Part shown: positions 37,387 to 46,244 of the stretch, one piece after another
Numbering within the stretch: position 1 is the stretch's first letter
Layout: each line of letters starts with the position of its first letter
From: Candidatus Omnitrophota bacterium
GTDB lineage: Bacteria > Omnitrophota > Gorgyraeia > 2-01-FULL-45-10
Assembly (NCBI GenBank): GCA_030695905.1
Contig: JAUYOL010000036.1
Span: forward strand, 54,814-118,813
DNA: 64,000 nt
Direction of reading: 5' to 3'
Made by a program: the position numbers and the translations under genes
Notes under the pieces: model-generated
Database searches by the model: none
The model's input: only the letters and a program-made list of their open reading frames with translations
What the model was told of the DNA's origin: nothing

Positions 37387-38180
37387 CCCCCGTCAACTAC
37401 GATATTGGAGCCCGTAACATAACTTGATGCGTCTGATGCCAAAAAAAGCAAGGCCCCCTTCAGATCTTCAGGGTTACCTATCCTTCCCAGCGGAATTTTG
37501 TTTTTAAGATTTGACATGAATCCCTTATTTTTTTGGATATCCCTGCTCGGAAATGCGCCCGGAGTTATTGAATTGACCCTTATATGCTTAGACGCAAGGT
37601 GACAAGCCGCATATCGTGTGAATTGTAGGATTGCTGCCTTTCCTGCCCCATATGCGGGAGGATTATTTAATTCGGATTTTCCGTATATACCCGAATACGG
37701 CGAAACAATGCCGTAAATAGAAGAAATATTGATTATCGAACCGCTGCCTCGCTTCTGCATATATGGTATAACGGCTTGGGTACATCTAAAAACTCCGCCT
37801 GCCGTTCCGTCAATGCCGCAGTTCCACATATCTTCCGACATAGACATCATGTCACATTTAAAACTGCCCCTGTGCCCAAAATATGCGTTATTTACTAATA
37901 TATCTACCCCACCCATCTTTCTGCTGATTAGCGACATTGTTTCTTTTACGCTTTCAGCGGATGATATATCGATCTCTATGCCTAAGGATATGGTTTTATA
38001 CTTCCTCATTAGTGTTGTCGCCGCCGATCCGCATTTTTTAATATCCCTTCCGGCCACTACAACGCGTGCGCCTGCCTGTGCAAGGCAATCGGACATCGAT
38101 GACCCGAGATGACCCGCACCTCCTGTAACTACCGCAACTTTATTCTTAAGCCCGAAAATGCTATTCTTTTTCATAGCCAC
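37371..38180 (-). CDS. Short-chain dehydrogenase/reductase
   Basis: KVAVVTGGAGHLGSSMS (TGxxxxxG); NNAY; YGAGK (YxxxK). Confidence 0.75.
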   Translation of the reverse strand: MAMKKNSIFGLKNKVAVVTGGAGHLGSSMSDCLAQAGARVVVAGRDIKKCGSAATTLMRKYKTISLGIEIDISSAESVKETMSLISRKMGGVDILVNNAYFGHRGSFKCDMMSMSEDMWNCGIDGTAGGVFRCTQAVIPYMQKRGSGSIINISSIYGIVSPYSGIYGKSELNNPPAYGAGKAAILQFTRYAACHLASKHIRVNSITPGAFPSRDIQKNKGFMSNLKNKIPLGRIGNPEDLKGALLFLASDASSYVTGSNIVVDGGWTAW

Positions 38181-39123
38181 CCTTTTTAGTTTTACTAAAC
38201 CAAAGAGACGGAATCTTCAGTCTCAAAGGAATGTCCGAAAAATACCGAAACAATCTTTTTTTTACGTCTTTGCCTATCCGTGCCTTTCTAAAAATATTTA
38301 TATCTTCCAGTATCTGATCGCTTGACTCCGCTCCTATAATAACGCTGGATATCTCCGGAATACTTTTTAGGAAACCAAGCGCGAGATCATGAATACCGAC
38401 GCCCTCACCACGCAAGAACTCGCGCAGCCTCTTTAAATATTTTGCGTAGAATTCCATTCCGCGCGGCATCCGGTCCGGGTCCAGAAAAAACAATCCCTGC
38501 AAAAATACGCTTCGCGCAAAAAGTATCTTTCCGCTTTTCTTGATACGTGCCAAAAGGCGCGGCTCGATAAATCTATGGTCAAAAAGATTTATAGGCACCT
38601 GTATTGCCCCTATTTCATCCATCGACAAAGCAGCTTCGACTTCATGGGCGTAATAGCAGGAGGCGCCTATCATACCTATTAGCCCATCTTTTTTTATCCT
38701 CGATAAGGCCTCAATAATTTTTTTCCCGTTTGATCCTATATCCGATGCGTCATGTAATAGATAAGCGTTAATCTTATCCTTTTTTAAGCGTTTTAACGAT
38801 CCCAGGACACTTTTCCTGATATTCTCATATATCAGATCACGGCCGGCGTATTTTAATTTCCCGACACCGGGAAGCTTAGAGATTATAAAAGGCTTGCACT
38901 TATTACTGCCTATAAAACGCCCTAAGATATCTTCGCTCTTACCATAAGCGCTTGCGGTATCAAAGCTATGTATGCCGTTATCGAAAGAAACTTCGAGTAT
39001 CCTGTAGGCTTCTTTTTCTCCTGGGCATCCCGTTCGGTTTGCAATTCCATAATGCGACCCGAGCTGGGTAGTCCCCAGAGTCAGTGCCGTGATATCTTCT
39101 TCTATTGCACGCTTCTTGAACAT
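38161..39123 (-). CDS. Aldo/keto reductase family oxidoreductase
   Basis: LGTTQLGSHYG...FDTASAYGKSEDILG...IGASCYY core AKR motifs. 320 aa. Confidence 0.75.
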   Translation of the reverse strand: MFKKRAIEEDITALTLGTTQLGSHYGIANRTGCPGEKEAYRILEVSFDNGIHSFDTASAYGKSEDILGRFIGSNKCKPFIISKLPGVGKLKYAGRDLIYENIRKSVLGSLKRLKKDKINAYLLHDASDIGSNGKKIIEALSRIKKDGLIGMIGASCYYAHEVEAALSMDEIGAIQVPINLFDHRFIEPRLLARIKKSGKILFARSVFLQGLFFLDPDRMPRGMEFYAKYLKRLREFLRGEGVGIHDLALGFLKSIPEISSVIIGAESSDQILEDINIFRKARIGKDVKKRLFRYFSDIPLRLKIPSLWFSKTKKGGYEKE

Positions 39124-40268
39124 AGAACACCTATGACCGTTTTTGCGACGTACAGGACTTCTTTATCCGACATTCCCGGATGAAGTGGAAGCGAGATGGT
39201 ATTGTTATAAAATCTCTGAGCGTTACAAAATTCCGACGTCTTGTATCCTTTAGACCTATAGTATGGATGGCTTGTCACGGGTATATAATGAACCTGAGCG
39301 CCTATGCCTTTATCATGCAACCTCTGATACAGCCCTCTCCTGGATATACGGCACCTTTTTTCATTTAACCTCAATACATAAAGGTGCCATGCGTGCGTCC
39401 TGTCCGGAAAATCTACGGCCGGCAATTTTACAAGGTCTCCCAGATTTTCATTAAATGCCTTGTCGTACATGCTTGCTATTGCGCTGCGACGCACAAGGAA
39501 TTCCGGAAGCTTATTCATCTGGCTATATCCTAACGCGGCCTGTAGTTCTGTCATCCTGTAATTAAATCCGATATCAAGCATTTCATAATACCAGCCGCCA
39601 TTTTTTCTAAGAGCCTCTTTTCTCTTATAGATACCATGGCTGCGCAAAGCAAGCATTTTTTCATAAAATCTTTTCGAGTTAGTCGTAACCATACCGCCTT
39701 CTCCGGTTGTTACGTGCTTAACCGGATGAAAACTAAAAATACTCATATCGGAATATCTACATGACCCCGTGCGGGACTCGTTATATTCGGAACCCAGAGC
39801 ATGGCAGGAATCTTCTATTACAATTAGGCCATGCCTTCTTGCAATATTATATATTTCGAACATATCGCACGGAAGGCCCGCAAAATTTACCGACAATATG
39901 GCTTTTGTGGTGGCAGTGATCTTCTCTTTTATTTTGCCGGCGCTTATATTCATGGTTTCATAATCGATATCAACGAATACTGGCCTGGCGCCTGTATACA
40001 ACACCGCATTCGACGTGGCCACGAACGTAATCGGTGAAGTTATAGCCTCGTCTCCTTTTTTTAGACCCGCCGCCAGACATGCCAGGTGAAGTGCCGCGGT
40101 GCCGCTTGAGACTGCAAGAGCGTATTTCACACGGCAGTATTCCGCAACTCGCTTCTCAAATTTTTGCACCATAGGACCCTGCGTGATAAGATCCGACTTC
40201 AGAGCCTTGATTACCTCCCGTATGTCATTATTATCTATATTCTGCTTTCCGTAGGGTATAAAACGCAT
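39102..40268 (-). CDS. pseC: PLP-dependent sugar aminotransferase, DegT/DnrJ/EryC1 family (PseC-like UDP-4-keto-6-deoxy-HexNAc aminotransferase)
   Basis: FIPYGKQNIDNNDIREVIKALKSDLITQGP N-terminus characteristic of PseC. PLP-Lys motif SIFSFHPVKHVTTGEGG. LRSHG. Confidence 0.8.
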   Translation of the reverse strand: MRFIPYGKQNIDNNDIREVIKALKSDLITQGPMVQKFEKRVAEYCRVKYALAVSSGTAALHLACLAAGLKKGDEAITSPITFVATSNAVLYTGARPVFVDIDYETMNISAGKIKEKITATTKAILSVNFAGLPCDMFEIYNIARRHGLIVIEDSCHALGSEYNESRTGSCRYSDMSIFSFHPVKHVTTGEGGMVTTNSKRFYEKMLALRSHGIYKRKEALRKNGGWYYEMLDIGFNYRMTELQAALGYSQMNKLPEFLVRRSAIASMYDKAFNENLGDLVKLPAVDFPDRTHAWHLYVLRLNEKRCRISRRGLYQRLHDKGIGAQVHYIPVTSHPYYRSKGYKTSEFCNAQRFYNNTISLPLHPGMSDKEVLYVAKTVIGVLCSRSVQ

Positions 40269-40270
40269 CT

Positions 40271-41275
40271 TTATACGACTTCCTTATTGATCATTTTTCT
40301 CATATCCTCTATCGAATACCAGTCTTTATTAGTATCGCTGCTGTAACCATCGAATCCGAAACCCAGTGCACGACCGCTGTCTTTTCCGTTTTTACGCACA
40401 ATTATATACGGATATGTCACGAACTTGTCTTTATACTCATAAGTGTAAATACCGTCATCCTTAGGCACTAATATCTCATGCAGCTTTTCGCCCGGTCGTA
40501 TACCTATTGTTTTTTGCCTGCAGCCGGGGCAAACCGATCTGGCAAGGTCGGTTATTTTAATGCTACGCATCTTAGGAATAAATATCTCTCCACCTTTCAT
40601 CTCTTTTATACTGCTTATAACAAAATTAACACCCTCTTCGAGCGTTATGAAGAACCTGGTCATCCTTGGGTCCGTAATCGGAACTACGCCACTTTTTCTG
40701 CATTCCTTAAAAAACGGCACGGCGCTTCCCCTTGATCCGAGAACGTTGCCGTACCGCACCACGCTGAAAAACGGTTTACCCGTACGGTAGTTATTTGCTG
40801 CTATAAACATCTTTTCTGCACACAATTTTGTAGCTCCATATAGATTGACTGGGTTTGCCGCTTTATCGGTACTAAGCGCGATCACTTTTTTTACGCCGTT
40901 ATCTATCGCTATATTGATAACGTTTTCTGCGCCCATAATATTCGTTTTGACAGCCTCGAAAGGATTAAATTCTGCGTATGGTACGATCTTTAAAGCCGCA
41001 GCATGTACGACTATATCCACGTTATAAAAAGCCCTGTGTAACCTGTCAGGGTCACGCACATCTCCCAGGAAATATCTTATATTCGGATATTTTTCCTGAC
41101 TGTATATCTTGCTCATTTCGAACTGCTTCATCTCATCCCGGCTGAATATTATCAGCTTACACGGCTTGTGGTATTTCAGCACTATTTCGGTGAATTTCTG
41201 ACCGAACGAACCGGTGCCTCCCGTGATTAGAACAATCTTATCTTTAAAAATATCCGCATTCTTCATTTTACGCAT
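40271..41275 (-). CDS. pseB: UDP-N-acetylglucosamine 4,6-dehydratase (PseB/FlaA1/CapD family)
   Basis: KIVLITGGTGSFG; IIFSRDEMKQFEM; ALSTDKAANPVNLYGATK (catalytic Tyr/Lys of the Polysacc_synt_2 family). Confidence 0.8.
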   Translation of the reverse strand: MRKMKNADIFKDKIVLITGGTGSFGQKFTEIVLKYHKPCKLIIFSRDEMKQFEMSKIYSQEKYPNIRYFLGDVRDPDRLHRAFYNVDIVVHAAALKIVPYAEFNPFEAVKTNIMGAENVINIAIDNGVKKVIALSTDKAANPVNLYGATKLCAEKMFIAANNYRTGKPFFSVVRYGNVLGSRGSAVPFFKECRKSGVVPITDPRMTRFFITLEEGVNFVISSIKEMKGGEIFIPKMRSIKITDLARSVCPGCRQKTIGIRPGEKLHEILVPKDDGIYTYEYKDKFVTYPYIIVRKNGKDSGRALGFGFDGYSSDTNKDWYSIEDMRKMINKEVV

Positions 41276-41295
41276 CTCCTTTTAAGCTTTTAATA

Positions 41296-41538
41296 TTAAG
41301 CTTTATCGACGTCTTCATGAACCCATCTGCGCGCTTTATTGTAGGCTTTTCCGACCTTATCTTCCAGTTTGGGCGAGACTAAACGCAAGATCTCTTTACC
41401 AAGTATGCGGTACTGCTTGCCCACTTTAGCAGTCTTAATAATACCTTTTTTGATCAGACGCATCGTGGTGCTCGGACTTATCTTTAAAAGCTGTTGCACT
41501 TCTTCTGTTGTGTATATTTCGTTATCCTTTATCTCCAT
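41296..41538 (-). CDS. Small helix-turn-helix DNA-binding protein (MerR/excisionase-type HTH)
   Basis: 80 aa; YTTEEVQQLLKISPSTTMRLIKKGIIKTAKVGKQYRI is a canonical HTH_17-type motif. Only non-enzymatic gene in the window. Confidence 0.6.
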   Translation of the reverse strand: MEIKDNEIYTTEEVQQLLKISPSTTMRLIKKGIIKTAKVGKQYRILGKEILRLVSPKLEDKVGKAYNKARRWVHEDVDKA

Positions 41539-41606
41539 ATTTTTTCTCCTTATGTATTGATACCAATTATACCGATTAAACGGAAAAAGTCAACAGCAAT
41601 CTATAG

Positions 41607-41632
41607 TAGTCATTGGTAGTCATTGGTAGTCA
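41607..41632. repeat. Tandem direct repeats, 2.6 copies of 10-bp unit TAGTCATTGG in the HTH-gene upstream intergenic region
   Basis: Plus strand reads tagtcattgg tagtcattgg tagtca. Lies in the 119-bp gap between the GT2 gene stop (41658) and the HTH gene start (41538). Confidence 0.7.
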
Positions 41633-41657
41633 AAAAGCTGTGCTCTTTTGGGTGTTT

Positions 41658-42389
41658 TCAGCTGTATTTGCGAGATAAGGCGGTTAGCTTTATTATCAGT
41701 ATGCTTATGAAGGATTTTATTGCATCCTTTACTGGCTTTACTTTAGACTCGCTCTTGTGGATCCATCTAACGGGTACCTCTTTTATCTTAAGGCCGTATT
41801 TATTTAACAAAAACAGCAGCTCAACATCAAAGCTCCAGTCATTCATTTTTTGTAACTCGAATATACGGTAGGTGGTTCTTGTGTTATAAACCTTAAATCC
41901 GCAATTAAAATCGCTTAAGTTTAATCCAAGTATGAGCCGCGCCAGAAAAATATAAAATTGGCCCATCTTTGCCCTAAAAAAAGGCTGCGGCTCTTCCACA
42001 TTGGAAGTTTTAAGCCTTCTCGATGCTATGACGGCATCATATCCCTCTTTAAGATAAGGCAGGAATTTGTCAAATTCATAAATAGATGTAGAATTGTCGG
42101 CATCCATGAATAGCGCGTACTCTCCTTTAGCGAAAAGAATCCCCCTCTTTACTGAATACCCCTTACCTTTATTGGCGTCGTTCTTAAGGACTTTGAAATC
42201 GCTGAAAAGATTCGAGCAAGTTTGAGTATTTTCAAAAGTCTTGTCCTTGGATCCGTCGTCTATGACAATTATTTCATATGAAAATTTTTTTTTATTTAAA
42301 TAACCCGATATCTCTTCAAGCGTCGTCCGGATATTTTTCTCTTCATTGTATGCAGGTATGACGACTGTTAAAAGAATGTCCTGGTTCAC
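41658..42389 (-). CDS. GT2 polyprenyl-phosphate glycosyltransferase (DPM1/ArnC/CsbB-like)
   Basis: ILLTVVIPAYNEEKNI...IIVIDDGSKDKT...DADNS. Start set to GTG preceded by AAAGGAGG (6-nt spacer); the longer ATG ORF would overlap the upstream gene by 134 nt, while this start still overlaps by about 47 nt. Confidence 0.75.
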   Translation of the reverse strand: MNQDILLTVVIPAYNEEKNIRTTLEEISGYLNKKKFSYEIIVIDDGSKDKTFENTQTCSNLFSDFKVLKNDANKGKGYSVKRGILFAKGEYALFMDADNSTSIYEFDKFLPYLKEGYDAVIASRRLKTSNVEEPQPFFRAKMGQFYIFLARLILGLNLSDFNCGFKVYNTRTTYRIFELQKMNDWSFDVELLFLLNKYGLKIKEVPVRWIHKSESKVKPVKDAIKSFISILIIKLTALSRKYS

Positions 42390-44064
42390 TTTGCGCCTCC
42401 TTTTTTGTAAAATCATAGATAAATATGGAATGACCGGCTGTTGCGGTCGGTTTATGTTCCTTCGCCCACTTAGCATGCTCTAAATATTGGGCGCTTATCG
42501 CATATATATTATTTCCCGGTACCTCAAATTCGTCGGGCGTAAACTTTCGATAATGAACGCCATAAACAGCCGGGTCTGCCTGGCCGAAATATTCTAACAC
42601 TACCTCTTTTACACTATTTTTTTCCATATACCGTGATAGCGACGGCAGGTCCTGTCCCCAATCAACATTTGAATCTCTAATATATTTATATCCGTTTGCC
42701 GGGCCTCCAACAGCTTCATTAAAGTAGCCCAGATAATGCGGCCATGCCGTGAAGGCCGAAAAGGCGTACCAGACAATCAATAGCGCCATGGCAATAACCG
42801 CGGCTTTATTCTTCAGGAACTCCACGCTTCTGCCCGCTATCATAAAACAGAAAGGATATACCGGCAATATGTGCCGCAACCCCAGCTTCAATCCGCTTAG
42901 AGACGATACTGCCAGGAATATGACAGTAAAGATAAGGATAAACCTTTCGCCCATGCCGAGCCTGCGCCTTAATAATGCCATAAGGCCGGCCAATAATAGT
43001 ATTATTGCCGCGATGGGCGTCTTTATCAGGAACGCCGTGACAAAATATAGCGGGCTTCCGTGGGCCGACCATCTTCCCAGGAAAAAAGTATTGTGGCCCT
43101 CCTGGCCGTGGCGCAGGACCCCTATTATACCGAGCATGTGTGACGGCAATGGCACCGGAACTTTCAGTAAAATATCGTCCAGTCTGCGAATGGCCTCGGG
43201 TCCCGCGGCCGGGAATATCTTCTTGGCGATACTGTGCGCGATCTGGAGCTTTTCGTCTACTCGCATCGCATCCTTCAATAATGGCTGAAACTCAAAGCCG
43301 TACCCGGCCCAAATAACTATTAAAGACAATAGAACTATAATAAAGAAGTTTAAAAGAGCGAGATTGCTTCGTCGTTTCGCTCCTCGCAATGACAGTTTTT
43401 CAGCAATCCCGAATAATTCAAGAAGTGGAATTAATAGAAATACCGGATAGAGCAGGATGGCCGTATACTTGGACAATTGCGCCAGGCCAAGGGCAAGGCC
43501 CGCCAATACAGCGTTCTTCATGGAGGGCTCTTTCAAAAATAGCCAGAATGTATAACACGATAGCAGGATAAAGAAAGCGGCTATCATATCCGTAGTGGCA
43601 AGACCGGAATGCGCCAGCATCTCAGGAGATGAGGAGTAGAGGAACAGGCTCAATAAAGCCGCCTTCTCACCCCAAAGCGCCTTTGCCCACACGAACAATA
43701 ATAGGCCGCATAATACACCCACAAGCACCACTGGCAGCCTGGCGGCCCATACGATCGCGACCTGTCCTGCATTGTACTTATAGAAAAAATCCCTGCCGAA
43801 AACAGAACGATCCGCCGCTCGCCATACAGCCTTGTCGTCAGGCATGTCTATATTCATGAATAACTTCAGGGGCAATGCCACTATGTATCGCGGCAGCGGC
43901 GGCTGCGATGTATCCATCTTGAAATCGGCCTTTGTCAATAAAACATACCCCACGGGTATATGATGGGCGATCTCATCGCATGTTGCGGAATTCTGCCGCA
44001 TACTTGATATAGTTAAAACAGCAAATACCAAAAGTAGAATTATTACAGGTATTTTTGTCTTCAT
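42343..44064 (-). CDS. GT-C membrane glycosyltransferase (ArnT/PMT_2, GT83/GT39-like)
   Basis: 573 aa, N-terminal TM bundle with CDEIAHH periplasmic-loop acidic motif (DE of GT-C), more than 10 TM helices, C-terminal soluble domain. Confidence 0.6.
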   Translation of the reverse strand: MKTKIPVIILLLVFAVLTISSMRQNSATCDEIAHHIPVGYVLLTKADFKMDTSQPPLPRYIVALPLKLFMNIDMPDDKAVWRAADRSVFGRDFFYKYNAGQVAIVWAARLPVVLVGVLCGLLLFVWAKALWGEKAALLSLFLYSSSPEMLAHSGLATTDMIAAFFILLSCYTFWLFLKEPSMKNAVLAGLALGLAQLSKYTAILLYPVFLLIPLLELFGIAEKLSLRGAKRRSNLALLNFFIIVLLSLIVIWAGYGFEFQPLLKDAMRVDEKLQIAHSIAKKIFPAAGPEAIRRLDDILLKVPVPLPSHMLGIIGVLRHGQEGHNTFFLGRWSAHGSPLYFVTAFLIKTPIAAIILLLAGLMALLRRRLGMGERFILIFTVIFLAVSSLSGLKLGLRHILPVYPFCFMIAGRSVEFLKNKAAVIAMALLIVWYAFSAFTAWPHYLGYFNEAVGGPANGYKYIRDSNVDWGQDLPSLSRYMEKNSVKEVVLEYFGQADPAVYGVHYRKFTPDEFEVPGNNIYAISAQYLEHAKWAKEHKPTATAGHSIFIYDFTKKEAQSEPGHSFNSRHTCIQ

Positions 44065-46244
44065 CTTTTAAATAAAGAAAATTGTGGTTTGTACACAAAA
44101 ATAACTTTATGATGCCCCTTGCCTACAGCAACGGCCTGCAGGATATCCTTAACTCTTACCATATCCTTCTCTATACCGTCGACAAATGCGTGCCATCCGG
44201 GATAGTAATTTTCAGAAAATACAACAAACCCATCGTCATATGCCGTGACCTCAGCTTCGATATATCCGTTTTTGTATGTTAATATTTTAACGGCCGCTAA
44301 AGGCGACTGTCTTACGTCTGAGACTATGCTTGCGGTAAAGAACAGCCGCGGGAAAAAATCCCTCATCCTGTAAAGAAATACGCCGTTATCCGTATAAACT
44401 TTTTCCAGCCCCCGGTCCTCCAGTTCTTTTTGCGCTATTATGTATTTAACGTTAAGCAGCCGCAACGTGTCCGCACCGGTCTTTATCGCGTCGTCTGCGG
44501 CATCCGCATAACCGAGAGAATCATCTATAGCCCCCAGAGCGAGAAACTTATCCCTATACACCTTGGTCACGAGCGGGGTGTAGCACGCAACGCTGTCTAT
44601 GCCATATGCGATATTCGCGTTGGCTATAGACCAGTTAGGTAATTTCCCTGGCCTAGAATCAAATGGAAGGATCCTGTAAATATCGCGATCCTTCTTAAGG
44701 TATTCCAGAAGGCCGTTATTATCCGGTGCCAGGCTCAAAAACGGCTTTATGTTCTGGCTGAAGCCTTTTCCGTAAAAACTGAATATAAATATATCGACAA
44801 ATATCAAAGCAACAGCTATATATTTCGACCTTTTACGTAAAGGCATCAGGCAGAACAATAATGCCGCTATAAGGATCGCCCATGACAAAATAACAAAAAT
44901 GCTTGAGAAAGAAAAACCGCCCAAAACCGCGTCATATGAAATCTTAAACTTATCTATATAGTATTCCAGGCCGTAACGGTGATGCGGCTTATTGTAGATA
45001 AAATTGCGCACAAAATAATCCCCGAAACTAATAATGTTGGTCTTGAACAGGGCCAATAAAAATTTTACTGCAAAAAATGCGCATCCCGCCGCGGATAACA
45101 CCAGTAAAAATACAAAATTGGTTTTTCGCCTGGCTGCGGTGTCATCATCGTTAAAGTACCGGGTCAGCCCTATCCCGGCCAGGACCGCCAAGGAAAAAGA
45201 CCCGAAGAACAAGAATTTGGACGGGTTCCTGAAGATGTATAACTTCGTGATCTTGATCAATGCAAAATATACAGGATTATATCTCCCGAGAGCCAGGAAC
45301 ACTGATAATATCAGGAGCAATACAAGCGGCCTTGCTGACCTGTCTTTTTTCAACGAATAAAGACAGGATACGACAAATAGAAGGCTCAATATCCCCACAT
45401 AAAGATCGCCTTTAAAGGCGAAGGAATAAGGAAATACGGTCCCCAGCAGCCCCGAAGGAAAGACCGAGCCCCATAGCGCAAAGGCCGCCGTTGCGCCCTC
45501 TCTATTGGATAATCCGGCCAATTGGTAAGTAAGTACAAGCTGAGGCAACGCTATCAAAATAGCTGTAGCAAAAAATCCGGCTAAAGAGGCTGTGATCCTT
45601 ACCGCACCTTTTTTCTCTATCATCGCCTTATAAATAAAATACGCCAGATAGAAAAAAGCGCTGTATGCGGCCATCTGCACGAATCCCGCGAGAAACTGCA
45701 GCCCCAGTATTACGCCGCCTAAAAATAAATATTTCAGTTCTTTTTTATCAAAATGGTTCTCTATGAACAGCAGAACCAGCGGAAACCACGCCAGGGTCCG
45801 TAGCGTGACTATATTGTAGAAACACCCGGTATAAGCGCTCCCAAAACAGAAAAGTAAGGCTGCGAGGCTGCCTCCGGATTGATCCGTGCCCAATTTGCGG
45901 CTGTATAGATAGGTAAAAATACCTCCCATTATGAAGTGTAGGATTACCGAATAATTATATGCGATCTTGAACGGCAGGGCAAAAAATAGCACTATATTGA
46001 GCGGATAAAAACCGCCCACCTGCCCTTCGGCCATAAGAGGAAATCCGCTGCCCATTGCCTTTATCCAATAAGGGAACGAAAAGGATTTTATTGATTCCGC
46101 ATAGCACTTCGACCAGGGGTAGAATTGAACAAATGAATCTCCCCATATAAATCCTCCCCGCATGGTTATTAGAGGATACAAAAATACCGCTATCGTGAAA
46201 GAAAAAAACGCGATAAATCCTAAGTGGTTTTTAAGTATTCTCAT
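44061..46244 (-). CDS. YfhO-family polytopic membrane glycosyltransferase (GT-C-like)
   Basis: Large (about 727 aa from Met at 46244) protein, N-terminal 12+ TM helices then C-terminal extracytoplasmic domain. N-terminal ...GDSFVQFYPW...GFPLMAEGQVGGFYPLNIV... resembles YfhO. Start chosen at the Met abutting the upstream stop; the longer Arg-rich ORF to 46319 is an alternative. Confidence 0.5.
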   Translation of the reverse strand: MRILKNHLGFIAFFSFTIAVFLYPLITMRGGFIWGDSFVQFYPWSKCYAESIKSFSFPYWIKAMGSGFPLMAEGQVGGFYPLNIVLFFALPFKIAYNYSVILHFIMGGIFTYLYSRKLGTDQSGGSLAALLFCFGSAYTGCFYNIVTLRTLAWFPLVLLFIENHFDKKELKYLFLGGVILGLQFLAGFVQMAAYSAFFYLAYFIYKAMIEKKGAVRITASLAGFFATAILIALPQLVLTYQLAGLSNREGATAAFALWGSVFPSGLLGTVFPYSFAFKGDLYVGILSLLFVVSCLYSLKKDRSARPLVLLLILSVFLALGRYNPVYFALIKITKLYIFRNPSKFLFFGSFSLAVLAGIGLTRYFNDDDTAARRKTNFVFLLVLSAAGCAFFAVKFLLALFKTNIISFGDYFVRNFIYNKPHHRYGLEYYIDKFKISYDAVLGGFSFSSIFVILSWAILIAALLFCLMPLRKRSKYIAVALIFVDIFIFSFYGKGFSQNIKPFLSLAPDNNGLLEYLKKDRDIYRILPFDSRPGKLPNWSIANANIAYGIDSVACYTPLVTKVYRDKFLALGAIDDSLGYADAADDAIKTGADTLRLLNVKYIIAQKELEDRGLEKVYTDNGVFLYRMRDFFPRLFFTASIVSDVRQSPLAAVKILTYKNGYIEAEVTAYDDGFVVFSENYYPGWHAFVDGIEKDMVRVKDILQAVAVGKGHHKVIFVYKPQFSLFKR

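Noticed and set aside
41607-41632. Short tandem repeats considered as a possible CRISPR array or mobile-element terminal repeat
   Set aside because: Only 2.6 contiguous 10-bp units with no spacers, no cas genes and no inverted partner elsewhere in the window. Better explained as an operator or regulatory repeat.
42343-42476. 134-nt overlap between the GT-C gene and the longest GT2 ORF, considered as evidence of a frameshift or gene fusion
   Set aside because: A GTG start with a perfect AAAGGAGG Shine–Dalgarno sequence lies inside the overlap, reducing it to about 47 nt. Both proteins are complete by motif content, so an ordinary overlapping start is the simpler explanation.
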